A DNA stretch of 64,000 nt from Octopus sinensis (taxonomy: Eukaryota), in contig NC_042997.1 in assembly GCF_006345805.1 (NCBI RefSeq), positions 60,636,001-60,700,000 of the forward strand. Reading direction: 5' to 3'. A program made the translations under genes and the position numbers. Under the pieces are notes generated by a model that ran no database searches, was not told where the DNA came from, and worked only from the letters and a program-made list of their open reading frames with translations. Positions 1-11,200 of this stretch are shown here, piece after piece. Within the stretch, counting starts at the first letter, position 1. Each line of letters starts with the position of its first letter.

Positions 1-929
1 TGAAGCCAAATTGAACTTTGTCAGATCATGTTTGACTGACATTAATTTAACTGTGAGTCACTTGATTTTTATTTCAATAAAACTGAATTTATACCCAGCT
101 TATAATTTCATTGATATTCTTGTTATTGAGATTTAGCCATAGATCAGCCTCCATCACACAAACATATGATCATGGTAATCTGGTTGTAACTGTTTCATCT
201 TCCTTTTTTAGGCACAGTGTATCTAGAGTCACTGTATTTTATGGCATACAAATCAATGTAGCTTATAGTGTAAACATTCAAATATCATCACTATCTGCTG
301 CATTTCACATGGAATTTTCACTCCTCCAAATCATCTTAGTATGTAAGTTGACCTACCATTTTGGCTGTAAAATTTGGGTTGATATCTTTGATTTCCACAG
401 TAAAAGGGTTAAATAAAAGCAAGTTCTTATGAGCCTCAGGGTTATTTTTTCTTGTTGTGTCTGTTGACATCTTGGCCTCTACCTGTTGTTTGACATACAT
501 GCGTACTAAATTTTACAGACAAAAGAATGGCACCTTATGAGTGGTTAACAGCAGGTCATGTATGCAAGAAACTAGTATATCTGTTAGTTCAACCAAAGAA
601 AAAACAAAAAGAGAGACAAAAGAATCTTGGAGGCATATAAATAATAATTTGCCATTAACTAAGTTTCAAACAATTGTAGTTGACCCGATATCAGTGATCA
701 AGTTGCATTGGTGTGGCATAAATTTTGACAGCACACAAAATAAATGGAAAGCAAAGCAGAAAGCCTTTGTGTGTCTTTAGGTGGTTAAAGTAGCTCTTCC
801 ACTATGTAAAGCAATTATAGTATTTTGTTATGTCTCTCTTCATTCTGGATTCAGGTTTTGCTTCAATCAAGTTTATCCTTCACTTGTCTGAAGACAATAT
901 AGTAAGGACTAGTAATATATATACTGGAT

Positions 930-2089
930 TCAACTTTGCCTTTCATCCTTGTCGTGATGAAAAATACTCCTCCATACTGTTCTGACCTCGTCTGCAGAAT
1001 TCATATTTTTTTCTGTCCAAATGATTTTGAAGACTGTGGAATAAATGATAATGAGATGGGGCAATGTCCGGCGAATATGGTGGGTGGGGCATTGTTTCCC
1101 ATTCAACTGCTCCAGCTTTTGGAATGTCAACTTCACTGTATATGGCCAAGCATTACCCTGATAGAGCACCTTTTGTCTTGAAACTAAAGATGGTCATTTT
1201 TCTTCTGGTGCTGCTCAAGCTGTTCACATTTTTCTTCTGGTGCTGCTCAAGCTGCTGACAATAGATCTCCTTTGTTATCGTTTGGCTTGGGTTTAAAAGT
1301 TCAAAGTGGACTAAACCTTTCATATCCTACCAAACAGATAACACCTTACATGGGTGAAGACCTTCTTCAGCCTGGGGTGCCGGTGTTTCTCCTTTCCTTA
1401 TCCACTGTCTTCGGCACTTGACATTTTTATAGAGAACTCATTTCTCATCACCAGTCACTATTCAGTCCAAAAAAGGTTCATTTGTGAGATGTGACAGCAA
1501 AGAAGAGCACACATTCACTCTCTGCATGCTATTAGATTTGGAAAGTTTGTGAGGAACCCATTGTCCCAATTTGCTGACTTTTCCAGTGGCGCACAGGTGT
1601 CAATGAATGGTTGAATGACCAAATCCAAGCTTTTCTGCTAGTTCCTCAACAGTTACAATGGGATTTTGTTTCACCAGGATTTGCAGGGCATCCTTGTTGA
1701 GCCCTACAGATCTTCCAAGACAAGGTTCATCTTATAGGCTGTAGTTTCCAGCTCGGAATTTCTGGAATCACTGTTGACACTGGCTTACACTCATTGTCCG
1801 ATCCCCATATACTGCTTGAATATTCTTTGCCCTTTCCATTGTGTTATTTCCTTTATTGAGCTCAAAAAGCAAAATATGTCAAATATGCTATTTTGTCACT
1901 TCCATTATAGCTTTGAAAAAATAACTGTTAAAATTGAACTGCACTCTTCAAAACTTCACTAAGAATAAGGACAAGATAAAATCACTACCTGCTTTTACAG
2001 CAAGTTGATGCAGGTAGTTTATCCTATCTCCCTCCGACTTTTAGTACATGCAATTGAAAAAACCGCATTATTTATGGGATGACTCAATA
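930..2089 (-). mobile_element. Degenerate mariner (DD34D-type) transposon with one TIR
   Basis: Minus-strand remnants KLGQWVPH (~1555), IVTGDEK*VLY (~1440-1460) and HPPYSPDIAPSHYHLF (ORF 943..1149). A TIR-like end aaccgcattatttatgggatgactcaata lies at ~2061-2089, followed by a TA run. Confidence 0.88.
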
Positions 2090-2120
2090 TATATATATAT
2101 ATATATATATTTCTTTCCAG

Positions 2121-2239
2121 TTAGGAGACTTGGACAAATTATCGGTGATTCACATAGCTGGAACCAAAGGCAAGGGGTCAACTTGTGCTTACACTCAGAG
2201 TATTTTACATCATAAAGGCTACAAGACTGGATTTTTTAG
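2121..2239 (+). CDS. FPGS: FPGS-A exon (119 nt; [39 protein letters not shown])
   Basis: ttccag acceptor; AG|gtaag donor; P-loop GTKGKGST. Confidence 0.95.
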
Positions 2240-5200
2240 GTAAGAATTGATTTTCGAAATTCTTCTGATGCATTGATGGTGTTTTAATGCATGCTGGTTT
2301 TAAAATTATTCAATAACAATGAGGAATGGATGTTTTTGTAGATGTTACTAAAACATCTTTTATTCATTTAAACATTTCAATAGTAATTCTGCTATTATAG
2401 CCCTAAGTCTGTCCTATCTGAACAAGACCTATGATCAAAGGCATTCTATCCTTGACCAATCTGTATTTGTATATCTAAAACTGTATTGTCAAATGTGTCC
2501 TTCCTTTTTTAAAGAAAGAAGAGATTAATTTGAGGGATATTTGGCTCTTTTATCTAGCTGATAAAGCGACTATGTAGAAGCTTTCTTGTTGGCTCATAAT
2601 TGCCATATTTTACATTATAGTGTTGGTTGGGTGGATCTGTAAATTTAAACCTTTGCAGCAGAATTTTAACATATAATGTCCTCTCTAAAATTACACATTC
2701 AATCATAAAGCTGTGCATGATATACAAGTTGTTGTCAGCCTTGATAAAAATGTATGATGATAATTCTTACCTTTTCTAATCTTAAGATATACCATCTACA
2801 TCCAATCACTAAATCTGTGAAGCTAGAACTGCACTCATTTTCTACCAAATTGGTTAAAAGAAATGCTATACTTTGTTTAAGGGCAATTTGAAAATTTGAA
2901 CTCACAGATTTTGGGGGATGTCTAGCATACTGTCCCTTTATAGTAATTCCTATAACCACGTACAGTGTGTTCAGGCTAAATTTGATGAATTTTTTATGTC
3001 TTTTTTTCTCAACATGATGTATTAGTGAACAGCCAATGACATTGGAATGGATAAAGATTGAAGTTATAGTTGAGGAAAAGTTAGCTAACAAAGAGGACTG
3101 GAAGCTAACTGAATATTGGAAAAGAGTTAGAGGTGTCAAAATGCCAATGTCATAACTACTGCTGAATGCTCTGTGAAAACTGTAAAGACTGTAAGACATG
3201 ATATGAGGAGCTGCAATGAGGACTTTGAAGCCCTGGCCAGCAGTGAGGAACACAGTAGGCATTCTGACTGTGTCCACATGCCAGTATTCATCAACAACTC
3301 ATGCTGGTATTCATCCAAACCCCATAATACATGTATAGTGTCATCATCATCATCATTTAAAGTCCATTATCCATGCTGGCATGGGTTGGACAGTTTGATC
3401 AAGGCTGGCAAGCTGGAAGGCTGCACCAGACTCTAGTTTGTTTTGGCATGGTCTCTACAGCTGGATGCCTTCCTAATGTCAACCACTCTGAGAGTGTAAT
3501 GGGTGTTTTATGTGATACCAGTATCTGACATGACTGGTTTTACTTGGCTTGATGGGTCTTCTTCTCAAGCACAGCATAATGTCAAATGGACTTGGTCATT
3601 ACCTCTGTGGGGCCCAACACTCGAAGCCCGGAATAATGCCAGATGGCTTTAGTCCATGCCTACGTAAGACCCAATGCTTGAAAGGTGCTTCTATGTGTAT
3701 CACAGGCAAGGCTGCCATTTGTGTGACACTGGTATCTGCCATGACTGTGATTTTACTTGACTTGATGGGGCTTCTCAAGCACAACATAATGCCAAAGGTC
3801 TCAGTCATTGCCTCTGTAAGGCCCAACATTCGAAAGGAGATCACCACCTACCCTATCACTGTTACCTTCCCAGAAGATTTTATACTTAGGTGTCTTGCCT
3901 GTGCGGAACCTGGCTCCTCTTCATCTTACCTCTTGGATACAGCATACAGCAACATGCCTCCATTTGAGCATCTTAACAATCTCATTAGACCTACCTTTCA
4001 ATGTACCTACATTGACAGTGCCAATGCTGAGAACTGGGAAAGGGGTGCAGGAGGGAACATGGGCAGAAGAGATGGTATTGGGCACATGAAAAGAAGGTTT
4101 CAGTGATCATTTGTCATCCCTGCAAAATACTGTTCATGGTAAACTGGTCCTTGCCTTCTGCTAGCTACACTAGTGTTTTGCAGTATGGAGAACTGCAAGT
4201 ACAAAGCTGACTGAAAGCTTTACATATTAACTATTAAGACAAAGATGTCAATGAATATACATGTTGCATATTAGCCAACTAGTGAAAAAAACTTATTTCA
4301 ATCTGTTTATGCATTTAAAATATTCAAAGGTTTGAAAGCTAAGATATTTAATAGTTGAAATGGTATTTGCATAACGGGTAAATCATGAAACAGTTTTAAC
4401 AGTTTAAAAGATTCTTTTAATTCAAGTAATGACAAAAATGAAATAAAGAGATTATGTTATCCTGATACTTTGGTTTCAACTGGACTAATGTTTTGATTTT
4501 TATTTGTATTTCTTTCAGTTCTCCACACCTGATTGAAGTTCGTGAAAGAATCCGTATCAATGGGGCTCCTCTTTCAAAAGAGGATTTCACAAAGTATTTT
4601 TGGATTTGCTATGACCAGCTATTGGTAAGAAGATTTTAGTTTATATTAAAATTGTTAAATATTTTCTTGTATGTATTTTTGTCTTCTTTGTTTCTTTAAA
4701 TCTCTGTTTTAATAAAATCTGCTTGAAATTCAGGTTAACTAATAATAAAAATGATTTTCTTTCTTTTAGGAAAAAAAGGAACAAATGCCATCATATTTTC
4801 AATTCCTCACATTGATGGCTTTTTATGTTTTCCATAAAGAAGATGTAGATGTGGCAGTCATTGAAGTTGGCCTTGGTGGTCTTTATGATTGTACTAACAT
4901 TGTTGAAAACCCAGTAGTATGTGGAATTACACATCTAGGTATTGACCATGTAAATGTACTTGGTAATACTTTAGAGAGCATTGCAGCACATAAAGCTGGT
5001 ATTTTCAAGGTAAGTTCATCATAATTTTCATCATCATTATCATGGTAATACAAATCTTTCAAAACTAGCATTAATAGGCCAGCTTTACAAAATATTGTTT
5101 CTATTTGTATTTGTTCTTCTGTGAAGTTCAGTCCTCTTAAACCTGCCCTTATTATTTCTTCTCCACTTTTCTACCTCTAACTTGAAAATCTTCCATGTAT

Positions 5201-8200
5201 GCAACATTTTCACCTATTTTCATCCATTTCCACTATATGTTGGTTTCAAATTTTGGCACAGGGAATGGGTAAGTCAATTACATCAATCTCAGTGCTCAAC
5301 TGATATTTATTTTATCAACCCTGAAAGGATAAAAGGCAAAGTTGACCTTGGCAGAATTTGAACTCAGAATATGCAGATAGACAAAATGTCACTAAATATT
5401 TTGCCTGGTGCACTAATGATTTTGATTTGCATTATATATTGAGATGTCTCTTTTTGTAGTCTTCAGTCAATGGCTTTACTTGCTAGCTTGTTTTTTAATT
5501 GTTCTGTAAGTTAACATTGCATCTCCAACAAATTGTAGAATTATTTAGAAATTAAACAGTTGTGAAATTCAGAGTGTATTTGATTTCTAAAAGAGTCTAT
5601 TCTCTGATGACAACAAATACACTTTACTATATATTTATTTAATGCCAAGTTATGGTGCAATTATATTTTTAGAGGATACCTGAATAAGCAACAATATATC
5701 CTAAGTGGTCTTCTATAATTGTTGGCAAAATGAAAAAAGTTATTTAATCATTGACTAATTTTCTTTTTATTCTCACTACATATTTTATCATAATTTAGTT
5801 TTTAATGCTCCACACATTAAATGTACCAACACTCACCAACAAATCATACTCAACTTATTCTTTGCTAATTTCTTATCAGTCTTCTGGATTCATTGCTTAG
5901 GATTAAAGTCTCTTGACTATTTAGATCAGTCATGGGCAAACTGTGGCCTACAGGCTGTATGCAGCCAACAAAACTTTCTGAATGATGTACCTAACAAAAA
6001 GTAACCACAAATTTTTTTAGTAGTGTGGCCTACCTGATAATGAACCATATCTCATGTAGCCTGCTTCCTAAAAAAGGCTGTCCATGCTTGATTTAGATGG
6101 TAGGCATAAAACACTCCTTGGTTTAATGCTACTGTCATTCTAACAACCACTACTACTAAACTGCAAGAATTTAAATTGAGCATTTATTACACAAACTTCT
6201 AAATATCCCCATTCCTCAGCTAAGAGAAACCTAAAAAGGCTATAAGTACAAGCCCCTCCTTTTTAATGAGAGAACAAGTGGGAATATAGATGGCTGAATT
6301 AATTGGTAATTGCTTGTATTGTTTACTGATTGAATCTGTCCGCCTGAAAATAAATGAACTCATGTTGGTCATAAGAAGAATTCTTTAATCAGTCATTCAC
6401 CAACATTATTAAACATTGTAAAACAGCCAACTGTGTATCTTGATTTATATTTAGACAGGTTCCATTGCTGTTACTGCTCCTCAGAAAGAAGCTGCCATGA
6501 AAGTTTTGAAGCAGACTGCCACAGATAAAAAGGTAAAAAATTTATTAATGTTGGAGTTGAAACTAAAATAGTATAATTGTTTTATTAACGTTTCATATTA
6601 ATGTGCTGTGCAAACATGTAAATATCGATTCTTTTATGATGCAGTCTTTCTGACTATGTGATGGGTATTACTTATTTAATGCGTTTCACATATATACAAA
6701 ATCTATTTTTTTAACTGTGCCTTCACATAATATTCTATTCATAGATACATCGGAGTTATGTGTGAAGGCATGGGCCAACACACTGCCAAGTTCATAAGTT
6801 CATATGTGACCAGAACCATTTACTGGGTTCTTGAGCAAAATCCATTATCTTAGTTCAGTTAACAAAACTAGATACTTCTTTTTATTGGTTTGGTCAGGCA
6901 AAAGTGGATATCCCCATTCCTTTTCTTTGCTTTCTAAAACTACGTAAGAGTTTAAGTTCAATTGCTATAAGGAATGTAGAATTTAGCAATTTGAACCCTT
7001 GTTCTTCATATGAGAGTGAGTAAAAGAGAAGTGATGTTATTTAGGTTATACTGAAGTAACTGTTTGGTAGATTGAAGTATTGCTCTGTGAAGAGAGGTAC
7101 AACATATATCAGACATCTGTGTCTGAACTTAGTACATTTATCATGTTAAGTTATTTATAAACAATATTATGGAAAGAATTATAGAAAACTTGTTGCATTA
7201 TGATTCCAACTGAAACAATAAAACATGTTTAAGATCAATTCTGTATGAAACAACTGTCTGTTTGTGAAGTTGGGGTTAAAGGGTTAATTAGAGAGCATAC
7301 CAGTGAAAGTTTTGTTATACAGGTTGTTGGGACAAAGAAAAGCCACAGTGTTAGTTATTCAGATAAACTTTACAACTCTAAAGCTTTTAATGTTTAATCT
7401 ATTGACTTATTTCCCTCCTAAATGTTTATATTGTCTCATTGTTGAAGTATCTAATGTTTGAGGGTTCGGTATATATGTTTATATGTATTTGTATGACTAT
7501 TTTTCAGTGTCGTTTGTATTTATCGCCTCCATTTTCATCTTATGAGATAGTCAAAGAAAATCCTGCATTTTACAATAAAGAACCATTTGAGCATGAAAAT
7601 ATGGCATTAGCTATTCAATTATCTAGGATATGGATGGATCAAAACAACAGAGGTTAGTTGCTGTTTGTTAATTAAAATGTGCTAAGATGTACTAGATGTG
7701 TCTCCTATTAAGATTATGACAGCCTTCATTTCAATCATAGGAGATATGAATTTTTGTAGAAACATTAAGTACTGAGGAATGTGTAGCTAGATTTATATCT
7801 TGCAAAAAGTAAAAAACTTATATATCATTTTATTTGCTGCCAGATTAAATTGGAATAACCTAGAGCATGATTAGGATGATATCAATTTGAGGTTTACAAA
7901 AATATATCATTTAAAGAGTAGTTTGAGAGACAGGCAACCCTTTAGCACTTCGATTACTCTATCAAGCATAATGCTTATTTATTCACATTGCTTTGCATTG
8001 ATGATGCAGCATGTAGTTTCAAGATTTTATTGATGTGATTGTTTATTTTTAGAATGACAATGTAGCATTGATGTGCCAGTCCATATCTGGCTGGTTTGAA
8101 CTAAAACAGGTAGAATATGATACGGTTAGATAAGGATGGTTTAAATACTTAAAGAGCTAAGATAGTCAAATACTGAAATTTATTGCACAAAAGAGATTTT

Positions 8201-11200
8201 TATAGAGAAATAGTGGCTGCAAAATGTTGATCCAGAAGGAATAACCATATCATAACTGACTGTGTTCTATCAATATAAAGAATATAGGTTTCCAGTAATT
8301 GATAATTTAGGTTTCTTAGTTGTACCAGGATGTAGCTGATAAAAAGCAAAAAAGAAAAAATTCAAAAGCAAATTTTATACAGACATGGTATTGGGGTATG
8401 GACAAATGGAACCTGTAACTGTTTTATAATTTACACTGACATACTGGCAACCTGAACTTTGTCCAGAAAGAATACAAAGGAACTGATAATAACTACTTGA
8501 AAAATTAACTTAGAATAAACACAGTCAATAAGAAATTCTAAAACAATTTTGAACTATAACAAATGAATTGGAATAGTAAGAACAATAATTTCTTTCTTAA
8601 AGCCTTTAGAAAACAGTCTCGTTTATATGTTCCAATTTGGGCAATACAAAGAATAAAAATAATGACAACAACAATAATAATTTTCATATATTTAACAGTA
8701 CCATTTGACCCTTGGGTTCCTTTAGCAGGCTCCACTCTGTTGCAAGCATTTGGGTCTAGTGATCTACGATATACATGATAACATTTGGAACATGTTTTCT
8801 TCCTTTCATTTTCCCATTACTCTCAGAGGCCTTGAAAACAGTTATAAAAATGCAATAAAAATATAGAATATTACAGCATTTCAAACAATACAAATAAACA
8901 AACAGGAAGTTGCAGTGGTTTCACACACATAAATATGTTTAATACAAGTAAGTAAAATAGGATTTTTAAATACTTATAAAAACTCTATCACAATGTATAT
9001 AAAGTTATGCAATTTTCAGGATTTTATAAACCTATAAAACTTCCATTTATAGGAGACACAACTTGCAAAGTTGCATTGGAAGAATTTGAAGACTGTAAGG
9101 AAACCATTCCTGTTCTTGACCCTGTTGTTGAAGATGTTAATAAAATCATTGAAGGTAATTATAACTTCATTTTTATTTTTTCAGTATCATCTATGATTAT
9201 TTTAATAAATTGTCTATATATGACTGTATTACTAATTACACTATAGACAATTGCTAACATTTACTATCAATTTAAACTATAAATGTTTTATTGATAAAAA
9301 GTTGCACTCATACTTCTGTAAAAATTATATCACATTATATTCACAGCTCTTACATCAAACCAATGGTTGGGACGTGTACAGGTTGTAAAAAGACACAACA
9401 TAACTTATTATCTTGATGGTGCTCATAATGAAGACAGTATAAAGGTTTGTTGAATTCACTTTATTCTACATAAATATATATTGTATATCTGTATGATATA
9501 TGATTTTTGTTTTTTGTACACAAAACTTTCTAGCTACATCATTATCATCTTAATTTTACGTTTTTCTAAGGATGGATACTACTTGTGAATTTCTTTGAAA
9601 AATTTGCTTTCACTACATCTTCCCTTGTCTTCCATTTCTGCAGGTTCCTTCCACTTGAATCCCTTGGTACTTTTTTTATACAATTGTCAACTTCCATATA
9701 CGTCCCTTTCCCATATCAGTGTAATTTCTCCCTCACTACATCTTATTCCTGCTTTACTCAATTTTCTTCTCAACTCATTTGTGCTCCACTGTCCATACAC
9801 ACTAACATTACATATCTAGTAGAATATGATCACCTCAGTTCTTTTCCACTTTTGTACATTTTTTGCATCCAAAACTTGTTTTACTGCTACACATCACATT
9901 TTGCACAGAAGTGTCATACAATCTACCCTTCGCTGGAGAAAGAATCCTTCATTTACTAGAAGAAGCAATAGCTTCCTAAACTTTTTCCATCTTATTCTTA
10001 GTATGGCTACTAAGCTTTCTGAACACCAACCTCTATTGTTAATTAGGTTACCTTGCTAACAGAAGCTGTCAACTACTTTTATGCACTTGAAAGAGGATAC
10101 TTGATGGGTGTTCTTTCTGCTAACTATTTTTGTACATCTGTCATATACAAAACACTATTTCCCTGTCAGCCTGTCTGTGATCCCACTCCACCTCTTTAGC
10201 ATCCATAGTTACATTAGATACATCATATGGAGTTCCAGCCTACTTCTCTTTTTTCTGATTATCAAGCATGGCTATTTCCCAGATGGCAGTAGATTCTATC
10301 TTCCTGCTAACTAAAACTTTTGTCTTTATTTGACTATTATTTGATTTACTTTGAAATGTTTGGATGGAATCTTTGATAGATTCAGCTATGAGAACTTGAT
10401 CATCAGCATTAGGAGTTCCCATGAACAGTTTGTCTTAAACTCCTGTTATGGCTTGGAAAGCTATAGTAAACAAGAGAAGACTGAAAAGCAAACTCTGATG
10501 GACATCTGTTTGCATGCTAATTTCCTCATTGCACTCATTGCCAATTCTCACCTTGCATGGTGTGAATAGTCTCTCACAAATCAGTTACTTATACCTACAT
10601 TTTTTAAAGATCACCAGGTTACAGAATGTGGAATACTGTCAAAGCCTTCTCTAAGTTAATGACGATAGGTACAGTGGCTTACTTCTAGCTAAATACCTCT
10701 CCTGCAGTTGGCACCTTATTATGCTTGGCCTGCAAGAAATAGTAGCCAAAACTCCTTTAAATCATACTTATCATCATAAAAAAGGGAAGATATATTGGAT
10801 AATGGGTCTTAGAGCAACTATGAATGAAAATAGATGGAATAGTCATGGCTATTCCATGAAGGCTAACCTAAGGCTAAACAACATTAATCACAAATTCTTC
10901 TTCTATATCCTTGTTGTATAATTTTGTTACATATTTTTTTACAGTTGTGCTGTGAATGGTTTAAGAAAAAGTCAGCAGAAGAGATCAGATTTTTATCGTA
11001 AGTTCCATTATATCTTTATATTAATATTCTAATTTGTACCTTTTTTATGGCTTCTGTGATAAAACCAGAGACAAGCTCCTGGCAAGGTGCAAATCTGAAA
11101 CCATGTAACACAATATTCTACACTGTTGCAATATGTTACAGAGCCAGGCACAAGTTCTTATCCAGGTCTGTAACTACCTGTCTCAATATTTTACATGCTG

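Noticed and set aside
111-780. ORFs 111..416 and 541..780 as missing 5' FPGS-A exons
   Set aside because: No similarity to the LNSLQ exon seen in copy B; the 5' exons are probably upstream of the window.
1197-1254. 32-bp tandem duplication (also one at ~16590-16652)
   Set aside because: Local slippage inside a dead mariner or the 3' flank, with no sign of function.
2735-3277. 180-aa minus-strand ORF and the neighbouring 185-aa ORF 3549..4106
   Set aside because: They overlap transposase and RTE remnants on the opposite strand and have no recognisable domain.
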